Assembly: GCA_032718475.1 (NCBI GenBank) | Contig: JAUCBJ010001621.1 | Span: 1-64,000, forward strand | From: Nemertoderma westbladi | Taxonomy: Eukaryota; Animalia; Xenacoelomorpha | Reading direction: 5' to 3' | DNA: 64,000 nt | Shown: piece by piece, positions 24,590 to 38,054 of the stretch | Layout of the letters: every line of letters starts with the position of its first letter | Numbering within the stretch: position 1 is the stretch's first letter | Made by a program: the position numbers and the translations under genes | The notes under the pieces: generated by a model | What the model saw: the letters and a program-made list of their open reading frames with translations, nothing else | What the model was told of the DNA's origin: nothing | Database searches by the model: none

Positions 24590-25156
24590 GACCTAACTAT
24601 TTACATACCATACAAACAGCAGAGGACCTAATATACTACCTTGCGGTACACCACAGGTAATCTCTTGTACAGTAGACTGCGATTTGCTAATGACTACGGC
24701 TTGACCTGTGTCTGAAAGGTAGGACTTGAACCAGTCTATAGAATTTACACTCATCAGGCCTAACTTGCCGAGCAGAATTTCATTATCTACTGTATCGAAA
24801 GCCTTTTGTAGGTCCAACATTACCGTACCAGTATATAAACCCGTTGCGTTATTACATCTAATAGTATCAGTTAAGTTAATAAGGCAGGTGTCTGTAGAAT
24901 ATGATTTACGAAAACTGGACTGAAGTTCATAGATCAGATTTAGCCTACTAAGATGTGCTTCCAGCTGTAGAAAAACAGAACGTTCTAGAATTTTAGATAC
25001 AATACTTAAGATACTAACAGGTCTGGGTTCTACTAATTATAGGGTTCTACTTTATTCTTTTTATACAGAGGAACAACCTTGGCTAATTTCAGTTAGTCTG
25101 GTACTACGTTATCTACAAATAGTAATAATTAATGATAAAAGTAATGGGCACTTTAA
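24590..25156 (-). pseudogene. Degenerate L2-like RT fragment
   Basis: LDLQKAFDTVDNEILL, GVPQGSILGPLLF; upstream VLKVPITFIIN is split by the TTAA insertion. Confidence 0.8.
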
Positions 25157-26641
25157 CCCTATTAGACCGGGGGGGGGGGGGGGGGGGGGCAATATGAACC
25201 ATCCGCGGTTTTTTTGTTATAAATCTGAAAAAATCGCAGTTGGGAATCTAAAAATTTATGACATTTCCTAAAAATCTATTGTCTTCGTAGTAGTGAAAAA
25301 CGTTTACAAAAATATTGGGAAGTTTTCGAGTTATTGCACCATTTTTAACCCTACTTTTGACACGTTTTTTGAAAATTACATTTCATGAAATATGACTTGT
25401 AACATCTCTATTTTTTATTTACACCGGTTTTTTCGTGTTAGCAATTTGATGGAATTCATATAAATTAATTTAGAAATTTCAAACTTGTTTTTTTCAGCGG
25501 GTGCCAAATTTTGGTGCCTGTAACAAATTTTGAAATCTGGCAATTTTGTAAATTGATTGTTTGAACTTGTTTTTTTTTACGCAATAGGGGTTTTCTGTGG
25601 TTCTGGTTTCGATGGAATATATACGAGTTGCACCAAGTATATCAAACTTGTAATTTTCGGTGCTGTGTGCAAATTTTGGAGCTAGCACGAAATTTTGAAA
25701 ATCAATTCAATAGTTAAAATTGGTTGTGACAATTTATTTCTTGCGTTTTAGAGGTTTATGGCTGTTCTGAATTCAATGGAATAAATAATTATCTAACTAG
25801 ACATCTCAAACTTGTATTTTCCGGAAGTGGGTGCAAAATATGGTGCTAGCACCAAAATTTGAAATCCATCAAATATATCAATTGATTGTGTCACCTTGTT
25901 TCTTGCGTTATACGGGTGTGTGAGGGTTCTGAATTCAATGGAATCAATAAAAATTTCATAAGAGTTTACAAACTTATATTTTTCGCCGGTGGGTGACAAA
26001 TTGTTGTGCCAGTACCGAATTTTTGAAAATAAGCAAATTGATCAGTAGATAGTATCATCTTGTTTCTTGCGTTATACGGGTTTATGAGGGTCATGAATCC
26101 GATGGAATCAATAAAAACAGCACTGGACATCGCAAACGTATACTTTTCGGTGATGGGTACGAAATTTGGTGCTAGCACCAAAATTTGCCAAATTACGCCA
26201 AAAAATACGAGTAGCTATGATCTGGCAAATTAGAAATGTATTCCAGAATCAGCGCCCCAGAAAACCTAAAAATGTGAAATTATGGCATCGTATAAGTTAA
26301 TTAAAAATGTTGTGTTCTAACTGAAAAGTGCTGGTTACTTGTTTTTTTCATTTTTTCCTACGCAGAGAGGACTAAATCAGCCATTTATAGTAATCAGATC
26401 ATTTTTAAATATTTTCCAATGTATTTTGCTCCCGAGAAAACCTGTATTAAAAAACAATTAGCCGAAAAATGTAACTTTCAAATTTTGTGAAAATTGTGCA
26501 GTACTTGTAATTTTGGTGTTGCAATACAACCACCCCAGTACATTTTTTCGAAATTTTTTTTTCGTTCGGATCCAGACTAGTGAAACCTACGTACAAACAA
26601 AATGTATTTGCACAACATTTTACAACCCGGTACTAATATGG
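25157..26641. mobile_element. Non-autonomous piggyBac-like DNA transposon
   Basis: TTAA on both sides; imperfect TIRs ccctattagaccgg / ccggtactaatatgg; internal ~160-bp tandem repeats; no ORF. Confidence 0.8.
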
Positions 26642-26699
26642 TTAAGTACTTACTTAATGCTTAAATTATTATCAGAGCTTAGCTTACCTTAGCTAGAGC

Positions 26700-27400
26700 A
26701 TGTGGACTACTTCTGTTACTGGGATCATGGATCCGGAAGTCAGGTTAGGACCGTCGAATATGTAAGGGAAAGGCATGCGTATCATTGAAAGGACTTTCCA
26801 GGATTTGGAAGTCACATAGAATACATCGGAAACTTAAGGTCCGATTTTTTAGAGCAGCAGTAGTTCCAGTACTCCTCTAGGGGAGTCCATGCTGAGCTCT
26901 AACTGCTGAGGACACCAAATCTCTGGATGGCAGATTCACAAGAATACTACGTCGGGTTCACTGTGTCAAGTACAATGCACACATCTCCACACCACACATG
27001 TTCAATTGATTGATTGATGACAGAGCCGCTTCACTTTGCAGGATATTCGTTTCGCCGTGGGGAACAGCGAGTGCACAAACTTGTGCTTTGACAGCCACAT
27101 GGAGAAAATTATCAAGGTGGACAGCCCATGACTTTCTTGAGATGCCTCTTAAAATTAAAGGAAAAAGAAACTGGCTTGAAAATGCGGCTAATAAATCTTG
27201 CGACAGTCATGGCAGTGATAAGGAGTTGTGGCGGTGCAATTGTGTCAATAAACCGACACAGCATTCTTAATGCACGTTGCATTGGGAAATGCCAATTGTG
27301 GAATGCATAGTGGTGGCAAAGAAAATTTTGTTAGCCAGCATAGAAACTCAATGTGCAGCTTCAATGCAGCAGGCATATTATAGTATAGTAGTAGTTCTAT
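26700..27400 (+). mobile_element. Degenerate RTE-like LINE 3' part
   Basis: Homologous to 46920-47215; (TAG)n-like tail near 27380. Confidence 0.7.
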
Positions 27401-27969
27401 ATATTTTAGCATACACTTTTGATATTCAGTGAGTCTTCTTCATATTCTCTACCTATGACCACATAACCATGGTAGTGCAATACTGCACTTTTATACTTGC
27501 GCCTTTAAGCACGTGCTCTATCGATAAACTCCAGACAATGTCACTGGACAACGTCCACCATGTACGTACACATATAGAGGTGCAGAGAAGGGCAAAGATA
27601 AAGATAGGCGAAACCACCTAACGCTGGGTATGAGATCCATTTCCCCAAGACCTAATAAAGATTTATATTTAAAAGGTCATTCTCTCCCGCAACCAATAAT
27701 AAATTAAACTTCTCAAAGAATACGTACAATTAAATAACGAAAAACTGAAATTAACATTAATAATAGTTATACACACTAGCAAATCTCTAAAGTGTAATAA
27801 TATGAAAATGTAGTCTGCTGAAGCATGCGCACTAGATAGGGGAGTAAGGTAAGTGTTTGAGGTGCGTGCAGGGTACCTGTACCGGTGCACATACACAGCT
27901 AAACAAGACCAAATAAACACAAAAAGGCCTAACTAACTAAAATCTAAAATCCACAATCGAATTATTTTA

Positions 27970-28284
27970 TTAATCCTTTTTAAGTTTAAGTTGGTACATT
28001 AAGTTTACAAATCGTCCTAAATCGACTTTGTGATCCGATTGGTTTTGACACATCCGAGAAAAATTCGATATTTCGGGTTGGGTAAGCCTCCGGCCAGTTC
28101 TCGTGGTCATCCCCGTAAGGCCGTCCCGAACTTCCTTTACATCTAATTTCCCGGAATGATCGCGATCTAGGTTGTGAAACTTGTCCAGGATCATGTCTAT
28201 GTTATTACCGGCGGCCAAGTAGAATTGTTCAAATTCCCATAGATCCAACATTCTATTCATGTTTCTATCGAAACATTCAAATAC
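27970..28284 (-). CDS. EF-hand calcium-binding (calmodulin-like) protein, exon 2
   Basis: Acceptor ctactcaccttccgtgcAG|GTA; EF loops DRNMNRMLDLWE and DRDHSGKLDVKE; stop overlaps AATAAA. Confidence 0.85.
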   Translation of the reverse strand, partial: VFECFDRNMNRMLDLWEFEQFYLAAGNNIDMILDKFHNLDRDHSGKLDVKEVRDGLTGMTTRTGRRLTQPEISNFSRMCQNQSDHKVDLGRFVNLMYQLKLKKD

Positions 28285-29169
28285 CTGCACGGAAGGTGAG
28301 TAGACAGTGATAGACACTGAGTAGACATTGACAGGGGTCGGTGAAAAATGTAGCGCCCCCTAACGGATTTGGAGAGTGCGAGAATATTTACAAACAGCAA
28401 AGTTTGGTTGCTTTGAGGTGAGTTTTTCCATGATTACTTTGGTTTTGGTAAGAAAATATAAACATATACTTTTGCAGTTTCGTTAATGACCCCCCCCCCC
28501 CCCTCCCCCAACCCCATGTTTGATTTTGCTTAACATCTGGTTAACTCGCACCTTCCGACATCCATCAATGTCACCTCGACTACTCACCTTCCATTTTGAT
28601 GGCTGTTTGTATAAAAACAAACGCGTAAAATAACTGTTGTTGTTCATAATAATTCATCTGCGATAATTTTTCACTACAAAGAATTTAAATATTTAGCTGT
28701 ACTTTTTGGTGTCTCTACTTTAATAGTTTCCCCAATATATCCTCGCATTCTGAATTAATCGCACCATCTCCGCTTCTGTCAGGGGTCGCTATTTTTACGT
28801 ATAATAAACTAATCTGGACATTTATGAGGAAGTAAATTTATATTAAATAATAAGGAAAGCTTGTCATCATGGTAGACTAAATTGACACGGAACCTTTGAG
28901 ACCACCATAAAAAGCTTATTTTTTTGAAAATAAATTCAACGCCGAAATTGAGCCCAATTGTTAGAAAAAAAGATTAACAATAATTAAATTTTGACCGAAA
29001 TGTTTCAATAACTTTAATAAAAACCCTTCTATTTTCAGCATTATTTAAAAAATGATGTTTTTATATTATAAAACAAAGGTGGGAGGGGGGAGGGATTCCC
29101 TGCTGGTTCAAAATTTCACATTTTTGTATTTTTCTTTGATCTGAATGAGAACTTAAAGAGGGTGTCAAA

Positions 29170-29575
29170 TCTTAAAACCGTCCTGTGTTATCTAGACAAA
29201 CGCCGTGCAAGTGATGGCATCATTACCGGAAATTAGGGTGGCGCATCACATACCACCATTCACACAAAGCGCAGCGGTGTGGACATGTTCGGTCCAATAA
29301 AGATTAAGGTGATGCTACACACAGAGAAGCGCTACGGGAAAACAATTGTGTGTAACAACTCAAGGACAGTAGCGATTGAACTGACGCAGGATGCTTTTAG
29401 AGTTATCTCTGTTATCCAGAGTTATCGCTTTCCCGCGTTTCGCTAGACAGGCAGTGCAGATTCCACCTAACTTTGAAGCTGACGTCGGAAATGAAATACC
29501 GACCGCGAAAATCCTCATAACGATAATGTTACTATGGTGGAGTGCAGACAGCCTTAGTCCCAATCATTACTAACC
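29170..29575 (+). pseudogene. Decayed BEL/Pao integrase fragment
   Basis: Reads VMASLPEIRVAHHIPPFTQS/GVDMFGPIKIKV..KRYG..VC..SRTVAIEL..DSLSPNHY, colinear with the element-1 integrase. Confidence 0.8.
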
Positions 29576-32500
29576 GATTGATGGAATGCAGACAGCCTTA
29601 ATGCCAATCATTACTAACCGATAAGTGGAGTGCAGACAGCCTTAGTGCCAATCATTACTAACCGATTGATGGAGTGCAGACAGCCTTAGTGCCAATCATT
29701 ACTAACCGATAAGTGGAGTGCAGACAGCCTTAGTGCCAATCATTACTAACCGATTGGTGGAGTGCAGACGTCCTTAGTGCCAAACAATACTAACCGATTA
29801 GTGGAGTGCAGACAGCCTTAGTGCCAATCATTACTAACCGATAAGTGGAGTGCAGACAGCCTTAGTGCCAATCACTACTAAACGATTAGTGGAGTGCAGA
29901 CATCCTTAGTGCCAATCATTACTAACCGATTAGTGGGAAGTGGAGTGCAGACAGCCTTAGTGCCAATCATTACTAACCGATTAGTTGAGTGCAGACAGCC
30001 TTAATGCCAATCATTACTAACCGATTAGTGGAGTGCAGACAGCCTTAGTGCCAATCAATACTAACCGATTAGTGGAGTGCAGACAGCCTTAGTGCCAATC
30101 ATTACTAACCGATTAGTGGAGTGCAGACAGCCTTAGTGCCAATCAATACTAACCGATTAGTGGAGTGCAGACAGCCTTAGTGCCAATCATTACTAACCGA
30201 TTGGTGGAGTGCAGACAGCCTTAGTGCCACTCATTACTAACCGATTGATGGAGTGCAGACAGCCTTAGTGCTAATCATTACTAACCGATTGGTGGAGTGC
30301 AGACAGCCTTAGTGCCAAACATTACAACCGATTAGTGGAGTGCAGACAGCCTTAGTGCCAATCATTACTAACCGATTAGTGGAGTGCAGACAGCCTTAGT
30401 GCCAATCATTACTAACCGATTGGTGGAGTGCAGACAGCCAATCATTACTAACATATTGGTGGAGTGCAGACAGCCTTAGTGCCAAACATTACTAACCGAT
30501 TAGTGGAGTGCAGACAGCCTTAGTGCTAATCATTACTAACCGATTGGTGGAGTGCAGACAGCCTTAGTGCCAAACATTACAACCGATTAGTGGAGTGCAG
30601 ACAGCCTTAGTGCCAATCATTACTAACCGATTAGTGGAGTGCAGACAGCCTTAGTGCCAATCATTACTAACCGATTGGTGGAGTGCAGACAGCCTTAGTG
30701 CCAATCATTACTAACCGATTGGTGGAGTGCAGACAACCTTAGTGCCAATCATTACTAACATATTGGTGGAGTGCAGACAGCCTTAGTGCCAAACATTACT
30801 AACCGATTAGTGGAGTGCAGACAGCCTTAGTGCCAATCATTACTAACCGATTGGTGGAGTGCAGACAGCCTTAGTGCCAAACATTACAACCGATTAGTGG
30901 AGTGCAGACAGCCTTAGTGCCAATCATTACTAACCGATTAGTGGAGTGCAGACAGCCTTAGTGCCAATCATTACTAACCGATTGGTGGAGTGCAGACAGC
31001 CTTAGTACCAATCATTACTAACCGATTGGTGGAGTGCAGACAGCCAATCATTACTAACATATTGGTGGAGTGCAGACAGCCTTAGTGCCAAACATTACTA
31101 ACCGATTAGTGGAGTGCAGACAGCCTTAGTGCCAATCATTACTAACCGATTGGTGGAGTGCAGACAGCTTTAGTGCCAATCATTACTAACCGAATGGTGG
31201 AGTGCAGACAGCCTTAGTGCCAATCATTACTAACCGATTGGTGGAGTGCAGACAGCCTTAGTGCAAAACAATACTAACCGATTAGTGGGGAGTGGAGTGC
31301 AGACAGCCTTAGTGCCAATCATTACTAACCGATTGATGGAGTGCAGACAGCCTTAGTGCCAATCATTACTAACCGATTAGTGGAGTGCAGACAGCCTTAG
31401 TGCCAATCATTACTAACCGATTAGTGGAGTGCAGACAGCCTTAGTGCCAAACATTACTAACAGATAGGTTGAGTGCAGACAGCCTTAGTGCCAATCATTA
31501 CTAACTGATTGGTGGAGTGCAGACAGCCTTAGTGCCAAACATTACAACCGATTAGTGGAGTGCAGACAGCCTTAGTGCCAATCATTACTAACCGATTAGT
31601 GGAGTGCAGACAACCTTAGTGCCAAACATTACTAACCGATAGGTTGAGTGCAGACAGCCTTAGTGCCAATCATTACTAACCGATTGGTGGAGTGCAGACG
31701 TCCTTAGTGCCAAACATTACTAACCGATTGGAGGAATGCAGACAGCCTTAGTGCCAATCATTACTAACAGATAGGTTGAGTGCAGACAGCCTTAGTGCCA
31801 ATCATTACTAACCGATTGGTGGAGTGCAGATAGCCTTAGTGCCAATCATTACTAACAGATAGGTTGAGTGCAGACAGCCTTAGTGCCAATCATTACTAAC
31901 TGATTGGTTGAGTGCAGACAGCCTTAGTGCCAATCATTACTAACCGATTGGTGGAGTGCAGACAGCCTTAGTGCCAATCATTACTAACTGATTGGTGGAG
32001 TGCAGACAGCCTTAGTGCCAAACATTACTAACCGATTGGTGGAGTGCAGACAGCCTTAGTGCCAATCATTACTAACTGATTGGTGGAGTGCAGACAGCCT
32101 TAGTGCCAAACATTACAACCGATTAGTGGAGTGCAGACAGCCTTAGTGCCAATCATTACTAACCGATAAGTGGAGTGCAGACGTCCTTAGTGCCAAACAT
32201 TACTAACCGATAGGTTGAGTGCAGACAGCCTTACTGCCAATCATTACTAACTGATTGGTTGAGTGCAGACAGCCTTAGTGCCAATCATTACTAACTGATT
32301 GGTGGAGTGCAGACAGCCTTAGTGCCAAACATTACAACCGATTAGTGGAGTGCAGACAGCCTTAGTGCCAATCATTACTAACCGATAAGTGGAGTGCAGA
32401 CGTCCTTAGTGCCAATCATTACTAACTGATTGGTTGAGTGCAGACAGCCTTAGTGCCAAACATTACAACCGATTAGTGGAGTGCAGACAGCCTTAGTGCC

Positions 32501-35500
32501 AATCATTACTAACCGATAAGTGGAGTGCAGACGTCCTTAGTGCCAAACATTACTAACCGATAGGTTGAGTGCAGACAGCCTTACTGCCAATCATTACTAA
32601 CTGATTGGTGGAGTGCAGACGTCCTTAGTGCCAAACATTACTAACAGATAGGTTGAGAGCAGACAGCCTTAGTGCCAATCATTACTAACTGATTGGTGGA
32701 GTGCAGACAGCCTTAGTGCCAAACATTACAACCGATTAGTGGAGTGCAGACAGCCTTAGTGCCAAACAATACTAACCGATTAGTGGAGTGCAGACAACCT
32801 TAGTGCCAAACATTAATAACCGATAAGTGGAGTGCAGACAGCCTTAGTGCCAATCATTACTAACCGATTGGTGGAGTGCAGACAGCCAATCATTACTAAC
32901 ATATTGGTGGAGTGCAGACAGCCTTAGTGCCAAACATTACTAACCGATTAGTGGAGTGCAGACAGCCTTAGTGCTAATCATTACTAACCGATTGGTGGAG
33001 TGCAGACAGCCTTAGTGCCAATCATTACAACCGATTAGTGGAGTGCAGACAGCCTTAGTGCCAATCATTACTAACCGATTAGTGGAGTGCAGACAGCCTT
33101 AGTGCCAATCATTACTAACCGATTGGTGGAGTGCAGACAGCCTTAGTGCCAATCATTACTAACCGATAAGTGGAGTGCAGACGTCCTTAGTGCCAAACAT
33201 TACTAACCGATAGGTTGAGTGCAGACAGCCTTAGTGCCAATCATTACTAACCGATTGGTGGAGTGCAGACGTCCTTAGTGCCAAACATTACTAACCGATT
33301 GGAGGAATGCAGACAGCCTTAGTGCCAATCATTACTAACAGATAGGTTGAGTGCAGACAGCCTTAGTGCCAATCATTACTAACCGATTGGTGGAGTGCAG
33401 ACAGCCTTAGTGCCAATCATTACTAACAGATAGGTTGAGTGCAGACAGCCTTAGTGCCAATCATTACTAACTGATTGGTTGAGTGCAGACAGCCTTAGTG
33501 CCAATCATTACTAACCGATTGGTGGAGTGCAGACAGCCTTAGTGCCAATCATTACTAACTGATTGGTGGAGTGCAGACAGCCTTAGTGCCAAACATTACA
33601 ACCGATTAGTGGAGTGCAGACAGCCTTAGTGCCAATCATTACTAACCGATAAGTGGAGTGCAGACGTCCTTAGTGCCAAACATTACTAACCGATAGGTTG
33701 AGTGCAGACAGCCTTACTGCCAATCATTACTAACTGATTGGTTGAGTGCAGACAGCCTTAGTGCCAATCATTACTAACTGATTGGTGGAGTGCAGACAGC
33801 CTTAGTGCCAAACATTACAACCGATTAGTGGAGTGCAGACAGCCTTAGTGCCAATCATTACTAACCGATAAGTGGAGTGCAGACGTCCTTAGTGCCAATC
33901 ATTACTAACTGATTGGTTGAGTGCAGACAGCCTTAGTGCCAAACATTACAACCGATTAGTGGAGTGCAGACAGCCTTAGTGCCAATCATTACTAACCGAT
34001 AAGTGGAGTGCAGACGTCCTTAGTGCCAAACATTACTAACCGATAGGTTGAGTGCAGACAGCCTTACTGCCAATCATTACTAACTGATTGGTGGAGTGCA
34101 GACGTCCTTAGTGCCAAACATTACTAACAGATAGGTTGAGAGCAGACAGCCTTAGTGCCAATCATTACTAACTGATTGGTGGAGTGCAGACAGCCTTAGT
34201 GCCAAACATTACAACCGATTAGTGGAGTGCAGACAGCCTTAGTGCCAAACAATACTAACCGATTAGTGGAGTGCAGACAACCTTAGTGCCAAACATTAAT
34301 AACCGATAAGTGGAGTGCAGACAACCTTAGTGCCAAACATTAATAACCGATAAGTGGAGTGCAGACAGCCTTAGTGCCAATCATTACTATTCGATTAGTG
34401 GAGTGCAGACAACCTTAGTGCCAATCCTTACTAACCGATTAGTGGAGTGCAGACAGCCTTAGCGCCAATCATTACTAATCGATAAATGGAGTGCAGACAG
34501 CCAAAGTGCCAATCATTACTATTCGATTGGTGGAGTGCAGACAGCTTTAGTGCCAATCATTACTAACCGATTAGTGGAGTGCAGACAGCCTTAGTGCCAA
34601 TCATTACTAACCGATTGGTGGAGTGCAGACAGCCTTAGTGCCAATCATTACTATTCGATTAGTGGAGTGCAGACAGCCTTAGTGCCAATCCTTACTAACC
34701 GATTAGTGGAGTGCAGACAGCCTTAGTGCCAATCATTACTAACCGATAAGTGGAGTGCAGACAGCCTTAGTGCCAATCATTACTAACCGATTGATGGAGT
34801 GCAGAAAGCCTTAGTGCCAATCAATACTATTCGATTAGTGGAGTGCAGACAACCTTAGTGCCAATCCTTACTAACCGATTAGTGGAGTGCAGACAGCCTT
34901 AGCGCCAATCATTACTAATCGATAAATGGAGTGCAGACAGCCAAAGTGCCAATCATTACTATTCGATTGGTGGAGTGCAGACAGCTTTAGTGCCAATCAT
35001 TACTAACCGATTAGTGGAGTGCAGACAGCCTTAGTGCCAATCATTACTAACCGATTGGTGGAGTGCAGACAGCCTTAGTGCCAATCATTACTATTCGATT
35101 AGTGGAGTGCAGACAACCTTAGTGCCAATCCTTACTAACCGATTAGTGGAGTGCAGACAGCCTTAGCGCCAATCATTACTAATCGATAAATGGAGTGCAG
35201 ACAGCCTTAGTGCCAATCATTACTAACCGATTAGTGGAGTGCAGACAGCCTTAGTGCCAATCATTACTATTCGATTTAGTGGAGTGCAGACAACCTTAGT
35301 GCCAATCCTTACTAACCGATTAGTGGAGTGCAGACAGCCTTAGCGCCAATCATTACTAATCGATAAATGGAGTGCAGACAGCCTTAGTGCCAATCATTAC
35401 TATTCGATTAGTGGAGTGCAGACAGCCTTAGTGCCAATCATTACTAACCGATAAGTGGAGTGCAGACAGCCTTAGCGCCAATCATTACTAATCGATAAAT

Positions 35501-36245
35501 GGAGTGCAGACAGCCAAAGTGCCAATCATTACTATTCGATTGGTGGAGTGCAGACAGCTTTAGTGCCAATCATTACTAACCGATTAGTGGAGTGCAGACA
35601 GCCTTAGTGCCAATCATTACTAACCGATTGGTGGAGTGCAGACAGCCTTAGTCCCAATCATTACTATTCGATTAGTGGAGTGCAGACAACCTTAGTGCCA
35701 ATCCTTACTAACCGATTAGTGGAGTGCAGACAGCCTTAGCGCCAATCATTACTAATCGATAAATGGAGTGCAGACAGCCTTAGTGCCAATCATTACTATT
35801 CGATTAGTGGAGTGCAGACAGCCTTAGTGCCAATCATTACTAACCGATAAGTGGAGTGCAGACAGCCTTAGCGCCAATCATTACTAATCGATAAATGGAG
35901 TGCAGACAGCCAAAGTGCCAATCATTACTATTCGATTGGTGGAGTGCAGACAGCTTTAGTGCCAATCATTACTAACCGATTAGTGGAGTGCAGACAGCCT
36001 TAGTGCCAATCATTACTAACCGATTGGTGGAGTGCAGACAGCCTTAGTGCCAATCATTACTAACCGATAAGTGGAGTGCAGACAGCCTTAGTGCCAATCA
36101 TTACTAACCGATTGGTGGAGTGCAGACAGCCTTAGTGCCAATCATTACTAACCGATAAGTGGAGTGCAGACAGCCTTAGTGCCAATCATTACTAACCGAT
36201 TGGTGGAGTGCAGACAGCCTTAGTGCCAGACATTACTAACCGTTT
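29536..36245. repeat. 44-bp tandem satellite, ~150 copies, intronic
   Basis: Unit tggagtgcagacagccttagtgccaatcattactaaccgattag with recurring variants. Confidence 0.98.
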
Positions 36246-36895
36246 GGCAAACCCCAGATGGACAGTTTGGAACGGGAATGTTCAAACTTTAAATGAAAAA
36301 TTGCCTTGAGAATGACTTGACTTTTCCGATTCCTAAATTAATAAAATTATACTCGCCCCCTTAATTTTCATCAAAATTTGGATTCGGTACCGGTAATTTA
36401 GGGATCGTTTGAAAGTTTTTTTTGAAGATCTTGAAAAACTCTCTAGAAATTTAAATTTTATTAACATTTTATTCCCAATTTTAATGAATTGAATTAAATA
36501 AAAAGAATTTGTTTAACCTAAATCTGTAAAAAAAATCATCTGAAGGGTTTTTGTAGACTATGACATGTAACTACCGCTAAATGGTCGAAATCGATTTGCG
36601 GCAATCCCCCTCCCTATTAATTGTCTAAAATATTGACAGCTGATAAATTTTTTGATAGGATATTTTGTGGTTCCGTTTCAATATAGTGTTGCATGTTGAC
36701 ATAGACGAAGTTCCGTTACATCTACCGGAAGATTCTAAGTCGATTTGTATGTATGGCGTTACATACATACATTTGTATGTATGGCGTACTAATATGGCGT
36801 TTTCATAATGTCATTTTGAAAGTTTTCCGTCTAACTATGTTTGGTAGCTTTAGTTACCTAAGTAAATTAGAGCCCGTTTCGCAAATTAGCATTGT

Positions 36896-37118
36896 GGGGC
36901 GAGCCACGAGTCACTAAGTGAGCCTTAGTGTAGAAGCTTTAGTGTATAAAAAGTGGACCAATTGTCGAGATCTTTGGAAGTGCTTGACCGCTAATAAGTC
37001 TGACAATCGTTAACGCAATGGAATCAAACTTGTTACATTATACACATGTACCGCTAGTACCAAAAGTTTATAAATTTTACACTTAGGCAGTCTTCTATGC
37101 GCGAAGTCCCCACGGACA
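36896..37118 (+). mobile_element. Short Helentron/HINE-like element copy
   Basis: tgt|ggggcgagccacga ... gcgcgaagtccccacggaca|tgt; same ends as 55237-57275. Confidence 0.6.
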
Positions 37119-37212
37119 TGTACTTGACTGCTACTCGGACTCGGTGCGAAGTCCCCAAGGAAATGTACGTGACTGCTAAAAGAGTCGCTACCGGTACTAG
37201 AAAGTAACTTAC

Positions 37213-37398
37213 TTGTTCTGCTTCCTTTTCTGTCATATGGAATTCTTCCATGAACATTTTAATCGCTTCCTTTTTGGTGATCTTTGTATCCCCGGGTTTT
37301 TTAACATGTTTCTTAAACATTTCCACCGCAACCATTTCGGGCGACGCAGCGGCTAAGGGCTTTGTTTCTTCAACATCCTCATCATCCAACCAAGACAT
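37213..37398 (-). CDS. EF-hand protein, exon 1 (joined protein 166 aa)
   Basis: attaccATG; 62 codons ending CAA|GTAAGT, phase 0, compatible with exon 2 (..EAEQ|VFECFD..); degenerate first EF-hand GDTKITKKE. Confidence 0.8.
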
Positions 37399-37462
37399 GG
37401 TAATATAGTTTTATTGTTAAGCCAACCAATGGGCGTTTGAGTTAGAGCTCACACAAATTATG

Positions 37463-37468
37463 TTTATA
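37463..37468 (-). promoter_or_regulatory. Candidate TATA box of the EF-hand gene
   Basis: TATAAA 65 bp upstream of the ATG. Confidence 0.45.
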
Positions 37469-37486
37469 ATAGGCGCCCTATAAGGT

Positions 37487-37831
37487 AGGGCGAGCCATGA
37501 AGTGAGCAAAGCCTTAGCATATGGATGCCATTGGCGAGTAGTCTGTCGTCGCTGGCTGTCGTCGTCGTCTGTCGTCGTCGTCGTCGTAAATTTTTGATCG
37601 CTAATAATTCAGTTATTCCTTAATGATAATAAACGAAACTTGGTATGTATGTAGTCCGACAAAAGTTTAGAAAGAATCTGAAGTTTGGTCAAAAACAAAC
37701 GAACGCAACAAGGCACAAGAGGAGGACGAATATTGAGTTGAAGACTTTTGACTAACGGAAGACAACTCGTTAATGGTGCCCATATGTTAAAGTCTTTGCT
37801 CACTAAGTGCTGCGCGAAGGCCCCACGAACG
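37487..37831 (+). mobile_element. Short Helentron/HINE-like element copy
   Basis: agggcgagccatga..gccttagc, (GTC)n, ends gtgctgcgcgaaggccccac. Confidence 0.65.
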
Positions 37832-38054
37832 TGTATTACCGTTATACAGTATTATATAAACAAAGAAACATTATACAGTTGCGAAGAATACTATTTCTGA
37901 ATTGTGGAATTACTCTTACATCGATAAAAAAGGTTTTTCACTGACCCCCAGTGTAATTAATGTTGAAGTTCAAGATTTCATCAGTTCATAAGAGTAAGGG
38001 CATAACCGGTAGTATTTCATGTAATACCGGTAAGTATTTTTATTCTACAAAATT

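Noticed and set aside
29536-36245. CRISPR-like regular repeat array
   Set aside because: Units are contiguous with no unique spacers, there are no cas genes, and the context is a eukaryotic intron
37054-37212. C-terminal part of the 114-aa ORF
   Set aside because: Read-through into the intron past a strong GTAAGT donor; overlaps a repeat element
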